Shown here piece by piece: positions 30,630 to 40,127 of a DNA stretch of 64,000 nucleotides. Origin of the DNA: Candidatus Saccharimonadota bacterium (GTDB taxonomy: Bacteria; Patescibacteriota; Saccharimonadia; Saccharimonadales; UBA10212). Position numbers and translations under genes: made by a program. Each line of letters begins with the position of its first letter. Position 1 is the first letter of the stretch. The DNA is taken from positions 14,354 to 78,353 of the forward strand of contig JACDFN010000003.1 of the NCBI GenBank assembly GCA_013815775.1, given 5' to 3'. Below the pieces are notes generated by a model that worked only from the letters and a program-made list of their open reading frames with translations, did no database searches and had not been told where the DNA came from.

Positions 30630-31874
30630 ATGGATGCTGAGAATGGTTCAGAACTAAAGAATAAACCCGACCACCGTAGGTTAGGCCAGGAACTTGATTT
30701 ATTTGTCTTTTCAGACCTTGTTGGTTCCGGTTTGCCGCTTTTTACCCCTAGGGGAACGGTTTTACGAGATCAACTTCTGGGCTTCTCGGAGGAGTTACAG
30801 AAAAAAAACGGCTACCAGAAAGTTTTTATTCCCCACATAACTAAAGAAGATTTGTATAAAACATCGGGACACTGGGATAAATTTGGCGAAGAGCTCTTTT
30901 TAGTAAAAAGCCAAGAAACTAAGGACCAGATGGTCTTAAAACCGATGAATTGCCCTCATCATATTCAGATTTATGCTTCGCGCCCCAGGAGTTATAGAGA
31001 ACTCCCTATCCGTTATATGGAGTCCACCGTACAATACAGAGACGAAAAAAAGGGCGAGCTGAACGGGCTTTCGAGGGTGAGAGCTATTTCTATTGATGAT
31101 GCCCACGTTTTTTGCACTTTGGACCAGATAGAAGAGGAATTTACTAAAATCATGAGGATGATCGAGGAAATGTACTCGGTGTTCGATATGAAGTTCAAAG
31201 CCCGCCTGTCTTTCCGGGATGACTCCGAGGGTTATCTGGGAGATCAAAAAAATTGGGATCTTGCTCAGAGGACAATTGAGGATGTAGCTAAGAAGTTGGG
31301 GCTAGAATACGAGATCGCCAAGGGTGACGCCGCCTTTTATGGCCCTAAAATAGACATTCTGTTAAAAGATTCGATGGGCAGGGAGCACCAGTGTGCTACC
31401 GAGCAGCTAGATTTTGTGATGCCCGAACGTTTTGGCTTAACTTATATTGATAAAGACAATACCCAAAAGCCAGTGGTAATGATTCACAAGGCTTTACTGG
31501 GGTCATTTGAACGGTTCATATCTGTCTATCTAGAGCACACCAACGGTCATTTTCCATTATGGCTGGCACCAGAACAGTTACGAATAGCAACCCTAAATGA
31601 CGATGAACCAATAGTTGAATTGGCCAAGGAGATTGTATCCAAAGCCGCCGAGCAGGGACTGCGTGCAAGCTATGATGATTCTAACGAATCTGTCGGCAAA
31701 AAAATTCGCGACTCCGAGGTTATGAAGGTGCCCTATACTTTAGTAGTCGGTGGAAAAGAAGTCGAATCCGGCCGAATGAGTCCACGTAGCCGTAAAGACT
31801 TGCCGGAACTGCCCGAATCGTCTCTAGACGAGCTGCTTGCAAAGCTTGCCCAAGATACCAAAACCCGTAAATAG
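30630..31874 (+). CDS. thrS: Threonine--tRNA ligase lacking the N-terminal editing domain
   Basis: Starts at DHRRLGQELDLF; KPMNCP, AFYGPKID, GSFERF. Confidence 0.96.
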   Translation: MDAENGSELKNKPDHRRLGQELDLFVFSDLVGSGLPLFTPRGTVLRDQLLGFSEELQKKNGYQKVFIPHITKEDLYKTSGHWDKFGEELFLVKSQETKDQMVLKPMNCPHHIQIYASRPRSYRELPIRYMESTVQYRDEKKGELNGLSRVRAISIDDAHVFCTLDQIEEEFTKIMRMIEEMYSVFDMKFKARLSFRDDSEGYLGDQKNWDLAQRTIEDVAKKLGLEYEIAKGDAAFYGPKIDILLKDSMGREHQCATEQLDFVMPERFGLTYIDKDNTQKPVVMIHKALLGSFERFISVYLEHTNGHFPLWLAPEQLRIATLNDDEPIVELAKEIVSKAAEQGLRASYDDSNESVGKKIRDSEVMKVPYTLVVGGKEVESGRMSPRSRKDLPELPESSLDELLAKLAQDTKTRK

Positions 31875-31878
31875 TTAG

Positions 31879-32220
31879 ATGAGCAGGGTAGATAGCGAAT
31901 TCAAAAACCGGGTTTATGACTATGTGGCTCAGATTCCACAGGGGAGAGTGATGACCTACGGGCAGTTAGCGGCATTATCTGGGGCGGCATGGGCTGCGTG
32001 GGAGGTGGGCCAGATTGCTCACACTGGACCGGCCGACCTACCTTGGCAGAGAGTGGTCAATAAGTCCGGAGGCCTTGCCAGAGGATATCCTGGTGGGTTT
32101 GAGGGCCACAAGAAGGCTCTACTAGTCGAAGGAGTGGAAGTGGACACAGAATATAAAGTACAAGTAGGTGATCTTCTATGGTGGCCGATAGACAAAGACC
32201 AGAACTCCTTGCCATTGTAG
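31879..32220 (+). CDS. Alkyltransferase-like (MGMT family) protein
   Basis: IPQGRVMTYGQLA; PWQRVV (Trp replaces the active Cys). Confidence 0.88.
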   Translation: MSRVDSEFKNRVYDYVAQIPQGRVMTYGQLAALSGAAWAAWEVGQIAHTGPADLPWQRVVNKSGGLARGYPGGFEGHKKALLVEGVEVDTEYKVQVGDLLWWPIDKDQNSLPL

Positions 32221-33059
32221 GCCCTACAGCCAGCGGTAAGTCAGACTTAGCGCTTAAGCTTGCCAAAGAGTTTACCGGAGAGGTTATTACGGCGGATTCT
32301 AGGACTATCTATAAAGGTATGAACATAGGGACGGCCAAGCCCTCCGCCAGTGACCAAGGCGCAATAAAGCATTGGGGGTTGGATTTGGTTGAGCCCGGAG
32401 AGAGGTTCAGTGCCTACCAGTTTCAAAAATATGCTCGGGAAGCCATTGCTGACATCCAAAAACGAGGTAAGTTGCCCATCTTAGTCGGTGGTACAGGGCT
32501 ATATGTAGACTCTACTCTTTATAGATATAAATTCGGACCTGACGTTGACTCCGAAGAGCGCAAAAAACTGGAAAACCTAGAAGTACACGAGCTACAAGAC
32601 ATTATTAGTGAATATGGCTATAAAATGCCCACTAACCTCAGGAACCGCCGGCATCTTATAAGAACAATTGAAACTAGGGGGCACAACGAAAATACGAAAA
32701 AAATAAAACACCTTGCCAACACTCTAATAGTGGGTTTGCTTCCTCCTGACGAGGTGATGATAAAGAATATTAGCGGTCGAGTTGAGAAAATGTTTCAAGA
32801 TGGGTTGGTTGAGGAAACCAAGCAGTTAATTATAAAGTACGGACAGCACATCCTTCCTTCAGCAGGGATAGGGTATGTTGCAGTTAGCGATTACATAAAC
32901 GGTCTAGCCCCTCTAGAAATAACAAAAAATAATCTAATACATGACAACTGGCAATATGCAAGGCGCCAGAGGACTTGGTTTCGACGTAATAAATTTATTC
33001 AATGGTTTCCAGATGGTAAGCAAGCGTATGAATACATTAAAACTATTTTGAACAAATGA
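32178..33059 (+). CDS. miaA: tRNA dimethylallyltransferase
   Basis: GPTASGKS, ADS, IGTAKP, VGGTGLY, YARRQRTWF. Confidence 0.96.
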   Translation: MVADRQRPELLAIVGPTASGKSDLALKLAKEFTGEVITADSRTIYKGMNIGTAKPSASDQGAIKHWGLDLVEPGERFSAYQFQKYAREAIADIQKRGKLPILVGGTGLYVDSTLYRYKFGPDVDSEERKKLENLEVHELQDIISEYGYKMPTNLRNRRHLIRTIETRGHNENTKKIKHLANTLIVGLLPPDEVMIKNISGRVEKMFQDGLVEETKQLIIKYGQHILPSAGIGYVAVSDYINGLAPLEITKNNLIHDNWQYARRQRTWFRRNKFIQWFPDGKQAYEYIKTILNK

Positions 33060-33109
33060 ATTGCGTCTTCTAGCTTAGGGTTTGGTACAATACCAGCAGA
33101 GGAGAGGCA

Positions 33110-33736
33110 ATGATCGAGCAACTTTTTGGGTCTAAAACTCGGGTTAAGCTACTACAGCTTTTTTATAGCAACCCGAACCGTTCATTTTATGTACGCGAAA
33201 TTACTCGCAAAATAGATGAACAGATAAATTCCGTCCGCCGGGAACTGGCAAACCTTTTAAGCATAGGAATCATTACTTCTGACGCCAACAATAATCGCCT
33301 CTATTACGAGATAAATCAGACTTATGAGCACTATCCAGCACTTTCGCAGATATTTGGCAGCGTAGCCTCGTCCGAACCGTCTAAGAAGGCAACTAAAAGT
33401 ACTGGAAAGAGCCCTAAGGTAGACGTAGAGAGAGAACATCCCCTCGCCAAGGCCGTAAGAGCCACAGGAAGGGTAGACCTAGCTATTTTAACCGGCCAAT
33501 TCACAAGAGATGAACAGAGCGGTGTAGACGTATTGATAGTTGGCGATATAAATCAAACAAAGCTAGGTCGTTTTATAGCTGAACTTGAGAAGTCAGAGAA
33601 TAAGGAAGTCAGATATACCTCCATGCCACTATCTACTTACCAGTATCGAATACAGATTAACGACCGCTTTATCAATAATGTTATAAGCGCCAAGAAACAG
33701 GTTATAATTAGTAATCAAGAAGTGTTATCAGTTTAA
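33110..33736 (+). CDS. Winged-helix protein with a nucleotidyltransferase-like C-terminal domain
   Basis: LFGSKTRVKLL...YVREITR...NSVRREL; VDVLIVGD. Confidence 0.75.
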   Translation: MIEQLFGSKTRVKLLQLFYSNPNRSFYVREITRKIDEQINSVRRELANLLSIGIITSDANNNRLYYEINQTYEHYPALSQIFGSVASSEPSKKATKSTGKSPKVDVEREHPLAKAVRATGRVDLAILTGQFTRDEQSGVDVLIVGDINQTKLGRFIAELEKSENKEVRYTSMPLSTYQYRIQINDRFINNVISAKKQVIISNQEVLSV

Positions 33737-33754
33737 GTAAAAGGGAGTGTTAGC

Positions 33755-34378
33755 GTGGAGCTTCAATTTTTTGGTGCTAATTGCATTCGGTTGTCTACTA
33801 AAAAGGCGCGTATTGTTATTGACGATAATCTAGGAGAATTAGGTCTAAAATCAATCACTAAGCCAGATGATATTGTATTAAAAACTAATAAGCGCTTACC
33901 AAGCCATCCATCAAGATTTGATGCTGATATGCCAGGAGAATACGAGATAGCTGGAGCGATAATTAAAGGGGTTGGGGCACGGGCGCATATGGACGGCGAA
34001 AAAGAGACAACGTCAGTCATTTATACGGTTGCTGCCGATGATATTAAAGTTGCTATTGTAGGACATATTTATCCTGAGTTAACGGAGGAACAACTAGAGC
34101 AGATTGGGCTGGTAGACGTAGCTATTGTTCCGGTTGGCGGAAACGGCTACACTTTGGACGCCGTAGGCGCCTTGAAAATTATAAAGCAGATTGAGCCTAA
34201 AATAATAATCCCCACTCACTACGCTGATAAAGAGGTTAATTATCAGGTTCCTCAGCAGGAATTGTCTGAGGCTCTAAAAATTCTTGGGATGGAGCCTGCG
34301 GAAACGGTGGCAAAATACAAGCCAAATCCTGGTGCATTGACAGACGCTACCCATCTAGTTGTTCTAGAACGCCAATAA
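33755..34378 (+). CDS. MBL-fold (Lactamase_B_3-like) protein
   Basis: PGEYEI, DVAIVPVGG, EPKIIIPTHY. Confidence 0.8.
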   Translation: MELQFFGANCIRLSTKKARIVIDDNLGELGLKSITKPDDIVLKTNKRLPSHPSRFDADMPGEYEIAGAIIKGVGARAHMDGEKETTSVIYTVAADDIKVAIVGHIYPELTEEQLEQIGLVDVAIVPVGGNGYTLDAVGALKIIKQIEPKIIIPTHYADKEVNYQVPQQELSEALKILGMEPAETVAKYKPNPGALTDATHLVVLERQ

Positions 34379-34456
34379 AACCTTCCATTGCTTTGACGAT
34401 CTAAAGCGGCAACTTGGCAACCGAAGGTTGCAAGATGTCTAAATTCTAGGGAATAA

Positions 34457-34672
34457 CTATTTAGTTTCGGTGGGTTGTTCTAGGTTGAGCAAGCCCTTTT
34501 TTTTGAGAGTTCGGATGGCGGATGTGCTAATTTTCATTTTGACTTTTCTACCATCTACCACAAGTGTTTTGGTCTGCAAATTAGGCTTCCACACCTTTTT
34601 AGTGTGTCGCTGAGAGAAGCTGACGTTGTGTCCGTACTGCTTGCCTTTACCGGTAATCTCACATTTTTGCAT
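34457..34672 (-). CDS. rpmB: 50S ribosomal protein L28
   Basis: CEITGK...GHNVSFS...PNLQ. Confidence 0.95.
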   Translation of the reverse strand: MQKCEITGKGKQYGHNVSFSQRHTKKVWKPNLQTKTLVVDGRKVKMKISTSAIRTLKKKGLLNLEQPTETK

Positions 34673-34736
34673 ATCAAATGGCAATTGTAAGGAGTAAAAC
34701 GGATAAAGTCAAGCTATTGAATGGGTTATACTTGTA

Positions 34737-35360
34737 TTGATGGATGTCAACGCTACCACCTTAATTATTGTTATATTAATACTTTTGGTATCCATGGCCG
34801 TTCACGAAGTGATGCATGCCGTAGCCAGTTTGAAACTAGGGGACGATACTGCCCATTCACAAGGCCGAATTTCCTTTAACCCCTTTGTTCATATTGACCC
34901 GGTATTTACTCTAGCTCTACCTGTACTATTATTTATAGCTGGTGCTCCGATATTTGCTGCCGCTAAACCAGTTGAAGTTAATTTTAGCCGGTTAAAATGG
35001 GGAGAATTCGGTGGGGCGATTGTGGGGGCAGTGGGTCCCCTCTCCAATCTCGTACTAGCCCTTCTGGCCGCGGGGCTCTTGCAAGTCCTAGGGCCGGGGG
35101 TATCTGGACTAACAGGGGATATTTTCATACAGTTCATAGCTATTAATATTGGCTTAGCAGTCTTTAACAGTATTCCTTGGCCACCCTTGGATGGCTCTAG
35201 GGTTTTATATGCTTTTGCGCCGCGCCCACTTCAGGAGTTCATGGAATCTATTGAAAGATTTGGCTTGATGGGGTTAGTACTATTCATCTTTCTTTTCTAT
35301 CAGTTTCTTGCACCGTACGTTGGTAACATTATAGTTACACTTACCAACGGGCTACTTTAG
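34737..35360 (+). CDS. Site-2 protease (M50)
   Basis: HEVMH, GPLSN, FNSIPWPPLDG. Confidence 0.93.
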   Translation: MMDVNATTLIIVILILLVSMAVHEVMHAVASLKLGDDTAHSQGRISFNPFVHIDPVFTLALPVLLFIAGAPIFAAAKPVEVNFSRLKWGEFGGAIVGAVGPLSNLVLALLAAGLLQVLGPGVSGLTGDIFIQFIAINIGLAVFNSIPWPPLDGSRVLYAFAPRPLQEFMESIERFGLMGLVLFIFLFYQFLAPYVGNIIVTLTNGLL

Positions 35361-35389
35361 CTAAAATAGGCGGGTGTATAATAATAGGT

Positions 35390-35522
35390 GGTCGGTTCCC
35401 GGCATAAAATTTTCTGAACAATTTCAATTTAGAAGGGAGTCCTATATGCGTCGCTGTCCGTGGATGGCACGTGCGGACACCCACTTTGCAAACGCAGAGT
35501 AAATTGAGTGCCGAACCGACCC
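35390..35522 (+). ncRNA. Candidate 6S-like RNA (rod with a central bubble)
   Basis: TATAAT at 35377; complementary ends GGTCGGTT/AACCGACC and CGGCA/TGCCG; A/U-rich central bubble; apical stem. Confidence 0.55.
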
Positions 35523-35548
35523 CTTTGTTTGGCTAATAATCTAAAAAA

Positions 35549-35624
35549 TGGTCGGGGTGACAGGACTTGAACCTGCGACCTCACGGCCCCCAGCCGTACG
35601 CGCTACCAGCTGCGCTACACCCCG
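35549..35624 (-). tRNA. tRNA-Pro(GGG)
   Basis: CGGGGTG...CACCCCGACCA, anticodon GGG. Confidence 0.96.
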
Positions 35625-35873
35625 TCGTCGCAGTTCGACGACGGCTTACGCTATAACAAAAATAACTAACGTTACTTTAGTTATAGCTTCAGCCTTGGTC
35701 GACTACTCCTCTCAGTTTTCCAGACAAGTGTATGCTTGATTTGGAAAACTGGTTTAGAGCTACGACAAAAACGATGGTTTTTCTTCGCCAGAGGCAAGCA
35801 CGGCAGTAAATTCTGACGCTCAGGCTGCTCTTTTTTAAAAGGTCGAACAATAAGTATTATAAGATAGTAGAGA

Positions 35874-36668
35874 ATGAAAACACTAAAATTCGATCACAAC
35901 TTAGCTCAACTAATACTGGCCGGCAAGAAGAATTCAACTTGGCGTCTATTTGATGATAAAGATTTATCAGTTAATGATGACATTAAAATTATTGATAAAT
36001 TTGATCCGAAGTCACCAAAGACATGGACGGTTGTAGGCCAGGGAAAAGTAAACGAAATTAGAGAAAAGAAACTAGGATTAGTAACTGCCCAGGACATGCA
36101 AGGTCACGAATCCTTCAATTCAATGGATAGTATGCTAAAAACCTATCAACAATATTATGGAGAACGAGTTACCTTTGAAACACCGGTCAAAATAATTTTC
36201 TTCGACTTTAAACCTCTATCTGGGGATGTTCCTAGTCCCGCAATGCTTCTGGAAGAGGCTAAGCTGTATACCGACGGTGGTTCTAGAGGAAACCCAGGCC
36301 AGTCAGCATGTGCTTACGTAATTTGCGATACACACGATGCCGTGGTTGAAAAAGGTGGCTTTTACCTTGGAATAGCAACCAATAACCAGGCCGAATACTA
36401 TGGTCTTCAGAAGGGTTTAGAGCGCGCCCGAGAACTTGGAATTAATAAAATTACACTACTTTCCGATAGCCAACTAGTCGTCAATCAGATGAATGGCTTT
36501 TATAAAGTTAAGAATCAAGAGCTGGCTCCTATTAACCAAGAAGTTACGGCTTTAGCTGGCTCGTTCGAGAAAGTCAGCTTTGTGCACGTGCCAAGAGAAC
36601 TCAACAAGGAAGCCGATCGCGAGGTTAACCGGATCTTAGACCATCAGCAGAAGCGTGCAAAACGATAG
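35874..36668 (+). CDS. ASCH domain - ribonuclease HI fusion
   Basis: ILAGKKNSTWR (ASCH); YTDGGSRGNPG, TNNQAEY, SDSQLV, N..AD (RNase HI). Confidence 0.88.
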   Translation: MKTLKFDHNLAQLILAGKKNSTWRLFDDKDLSVNDDIKIIDKFDPKSPKTWTVVGQGKVNEIREKKLGLVTAQDMQGHESFNSMDSMLKTYQQYYGERVTFETPVKIIFFDFKPLSGDVPSPAMLLEEAKLYTDGGSRGNPGQSACAYVICDTHDAVVEKGGFYLGIATNNQAEYYGLQKGLERARELGINKITLLSDSQLVVNQMNGFYKVKNQELAPINQEVTALAGSFEKVSFVHVPRELNKEADREVNRILDHQQKRAKR

Positions 36669-36690
36669 TACTTAAGGTATAATATACTTC

Positions 36691-37093
36691 GGGTTGGACT
36701 AACGATTGGTCGCCTGTAGTTTTTACTATAGGAGGAAAGTCCGGGCAGCACAGAGCATAGCAGTTGCTAACGGCAACCGGGAGAAATCCTAGGGAAAGTG
36801 CCACAGAAACGACACAACCAGCTCCCTTACAGGGAACTGGAACTGGTGAAACGAGTGGGCCCAGCTTGTCTGGGATAACGAGTTCTAGCGCCTAAATGGC
36901 GCGTTTACTCAAAGGTAAAAGCCCACAGTCCGCCGTGGTGACACGGCGGAGAGGTAAACCCTGCTTGCTGCAAGGAAACAGTCTACAAGAGCTGCTCGCT
37001 ACGACTGTTGTTTAACCGCTCGATCCGTAGGGCAACTTGCGGGCTAGATAGATGGCCAAATAAAACAGAACCCGGCTTACGGTTAGTCCACTC
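36691..37093 (+). ncRNA. rnpB: RNase P RNA
   Basis: GAGGAAAGTCCGGG, GAAAGTGCCACAGAAA, GGTAAACC, ACAGAACCCGGCTTA; paired ends. Confidence 0.97.
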
Positions 37094-37095
37094 AT

Positions 37096-37127
37096 TAAAA
37101 AACTGCTCACTTTCGAGCAGTTTTTTA
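37096..37127. terminator. Bidirectional terminator (rnpB / rplT)
   Basis: AAAAAACTGCTC...GAGCAGTTTTTT. Confidence 0.85.
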
Positions 37128-37198
37128 GTATCTTAAGTGCAAGCTGCAGTTGATAAACGTTACGTTTTTGTATTACTTTGGCCACCCAAAGTAATGAA

Positions 37199-37543
37199 CT
37201 ATTTGGCAGAAGCTTTTATGATAGCCTCAAAGGTTTTTGGCTCGCTAATAGCCAGTTCACTTAAAATTTTACGATCCAATGTTATTTGATTCTTCTTAAG
37301 CCCTGCAATTAATTTACTGTATGTTGTTCCGTGGTTTCTAGCGGCCGCGTTAATGCGGGCGTTCCACAGCGCCCTAAATGTTCGTTTACGGTTTCGGCGA
37401 TCACGGTAGGAAAATTGCAGTGACCGGGTGACAGCTTGTTTGCCTCGTCGAACACTGGACCGGTGGGCGAGAGTCATGCCTTTAGTGGCTTGTCGAATTT
37501 TCTTGTGTCGCTTGTGGGCGGTAACGCCTCGCTTAACTCTCAT
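37199..37543 (-). CDS. rplT: 50S ribosomal protein L20
   Basis: RVKRG, YRDRR, LWNARINAAAR, LDRKIL. Confidence 0.97.
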   Translation of the reverse strand: MRVKRGVTAHKRHKKIRQATKGMTLAHRSSVRRGKQAVTRSLQFSYRDRRNRKRTFRALWNARINAAARNHGTTYSKLIAGLKKNQITLDRKILSELAISEPKTFEAIIKASAK

Positions 37544-37549
37544 ATCTGT

Positions 37550-37744
37550 TTAGGCTCCTAGATTCCTACGAATACTCTTAGCCTGTTTACCGGTGATTGT
37601 CTCCATACCGGCAAATCTTCGCTTCCTGGAGCCACTCTTTTTTTCTAAAAAATGGTTACCAGTAGCATGACGGCGCGTTATTTTACCCGTTTTGGTGATA
37701 GTAACTCGTTTTTTAGTACCGCTATGGGTTTTTAACTTTGGCAT
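37550..37744 (-). CDS. rpmI: 50S ribosomal protein L35
   Basis: MPKLKTHSGTKKR. Confidence 0.96.
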   Translation of the reverse strand: MPKLKTHSGTKKRVTITKTGKITRRHATGNHFLEKKSGSRKRRFAGMETITGKQAKSIRRNLGA

Positions 37745-38249
37745 TCGTACTCCTTATAACAAAAGTTAGCTGTCGGCCAGCGAATTGTGGTGGTTGATCC
37801 ACAGCAATTGCTTCTCCAAGATCATCTTGGATCCTGTCTGCCAACTTATAGCCTAACTCTTTATGGGCTAACTCACGTCCCCGATAGACTACAGCAATTT
37901 TAACTTTGTGTCCAGCCTCTAAGAAGCCCGTAACCTTACGTAGTTTTACCTCTAAGTCGTGGGCGCCAATCTTAAGTCCAACACGCATTTGCTTCATTTC
38001 CAAGGGCTTGGAATGTTTTCGGGTTTTCTGAAGTTGCTTAGTGCGTTGGTAATTGTATTTCCCCCAGTCTACTATCTTAGCCACAGGAGGGTTAGCGTCA
38101 GGTGAAACCTCGACTAGGTCCATTTCGGCTAACGCAGCTGCTTCTAGGGCCTCAGCACGGCTTAAGATACCCATTTGTCGACCGTCATCACCAACTACAC
38201 GCAGCTGCGGCGCCCTAATTGCGTTGTTGATACGGGGGATCTTACTGAT
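37722..38249 (-). CDS. infC: Translation initiation factor IF-3 (probable ATC start)
   Basis: Conserved RINNAIRAPQLRVVG lies upstream of the annotated Met; AGGAG 8 nt before ATC at 38249; in-frame stop further upstream. Confidence 0.92.
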   Translation of the reverse strand: MSKIPRINNAIRAPQLRVVGDDGRQMGILSRAEALEAAALAEMDLVEVSPDANPPVAKIVDWGKYNYQRTKQLQKTRKHSKPLEMKQMRVGLKIGAHDLEVKLRKVTGFLEAGHKVKIAVVYRGRELAHKELGYKLADRIQDDLGEAIAVDQPPQFAGRQLTFVIRSTNAKVKNP

Positions 38250-38318
38250 CGTTGCTTCTCCTAGTCATCTGTACTTAAGTTGATAATAACAGAGGGGCCT
38301 CTTAGCTTCAAGGTGTTT

Positions 38319-39837
38319 TTAGGTTGTTGATTTATGTCTATACTGCAATGCTTCACCTATGTGCTCTGGTTTTATATTTAACTCGGAACCCAAGTCGGCT
38401 ATTGTTCTTGCTACTTTTACAGTCCTTACATAGGCTCGTGCAGAGATAGCCAATTTCATCGAGGCATTATCTAAAAATTCCTTTGCAGAGGGGGATAGGT
38501 TAGCATAAGTGCGTATTTCTTTATTACTCATCGAACCGTTATACCTTGCTGGGCCAAGCCTCTGATACTGCAACTTATAAGCTGTTTCGACGCGGTGCTT
38601 CACTAACTCTGACTCCGCTTTGACGACGGAGTGCTTTAGTAAATTTCTGTGGTCTATATTATGCACCGGAAGATGGAGATCTATACGGTCTAAGATCGGA
38701 CCAGAAACCCTCTTTTGGTATTTGTATATTGCCGCCGCAGAGCAAATGCATGTCTTCAATGTTCCATAGAAGCCGCATGGGCAGGGGTTTTTAGTTGCCA
38801 CTAGTATAAAATCAGCTGGATAAGAAGCAGAATCTTTGACTCGGACAATATTCACCCTACCATCTTCGAGGGGTTGTCTAAGGGCTTCTAAGCAGGCCTG
38901 ATTAAACTCCGGAAGCTCATCTAAAAACAGAACGCCTCTATGAGCTAAGCTTGCTTCTCCTGGTTTTGGCGTAGATCCACCGCCAATGAGGGCAATAGCA
39001 CTGGCGCTATGATGAGGCGACCTAAACGGTCTAATGCTAACAATCTTACCGAAATTACCACTTCCCAAACTGTGGAGGTGTGTCACCTCCAATAGTTCAC
39101 TGGGCGACAGGTCTGGTAAAATCCCGCACATGGCTTTTGCGAGCATAGTTTTTCCGGTTCCTGGAGGGCCATCCAGTAAGATGTTGTGGTGGCCGGCAGC
39201 AGCAATCTCTAAAGCACGCTTAGCTATAGGCTGCCCGATTATTTCAGAGAAGTCGATAAAATCAGATTTTGAAGATTGAACTATCGATCGTCCTTTGCCC
39301 GTAGATATAGACCTTAATGGCAATGTACCGGTAAGATCGAGGTAAGCGTCCCTTAGGCTTGCCGCCGCTTTGATCTCAATATCAGGAATGATTAATGCCT
39401 GCTCAAGGTTGGACAGGGGAATATAGAACTTATTAAAGTTCATTTTTTTGGCCGAAAGAATCTTTCCCACCAAACCTCGAACAGGGTTTAGTAAACCCTC
39501 CAGACTAAGTTCGCCTAAGAAAATGTAGTCTTTAGAAGCTTGGTAATTAATTTGATTTGATCTAGATAAAACAGCAACGGCCATGGGCAAATCTAGGCTA
39601 GTGGACCCTTTTGGCACATCGGCAGGTGAGAGGTTAATAGTTACTCTCTTGCGCGGAAATTCAATAGTTGAATTAGCAAACCCGGCACGCAGGCGTTCTC
39701 TGGCTTCCTCAACCGCCTTAGATGCATCACCAATGATAACTATTGACGGTAGACCATTGCTAATGTGGCATTCTACGTCTACTAGCATTGACTGAAAACC
39801 TGAATAATCTATGATACTTTTTATGCTTAAAATGCAT
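38319..39837 (-). CDS. comM: ComM/YifB Mg-chelatase-like AAA ATPase (start ambiguous; in-frame ATG at 39788)
   Basis: INLSPAD, GPPGTGKT, RPFRSPHH, LFLDELPEF, NPCPCG, DRID. Confidence 0.9.
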
Positions 39838-39964
39838 TTTTTCTAGTCCCCCCGTCTTACTTAATAGAAGAAAAAAGTAGTAACCGAGACCCTTTCATAA
39901 AAGGCTATCGGTCTTATTTCTAGAGCGGTAATAAAGTAAGTTCGTAGATGGTGCTCCAATATTT

Positions 39965-39997
39965 AAAAACACCCGGCTGTTTTTGCCGGGTGTTTTT
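39965..39997. terminator. Bidirectional terminator
   Basis: AAAAACACCCGGC-loop-GCCGGGTGTTTTT. Confidence 0.85.
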
Positions 39998-40127
39998 ATA
40001 AGTTTTGCTATTGGTTTGGGGGTTTGGAGTTTTTTATGTTTGGAAGGTTTTGGATGGAACAACGGCTTGCGAGAAGCCGTTGTTACAGATCAGTTTTTGT
40101 TTTGAGCACTTTTTTTATTCAAGCGCC
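39965..40127 (-). ncRNA. Candidate sRNA (~160 nt) with repeated CCAAA(C) motifs
   Basis: TTGACA-17-TAAGAT promoter (40162-40134), two hairpins, C/A-rich tract, terminator, no credible ORF. Confidence 0.6.

Noticed and set aside
30630..31874. Short ThrRS as a pseudogene
   Set aside because: Catalytic and anticodon-binding domains are intact; loss of the editing domain is common in reduced genomes
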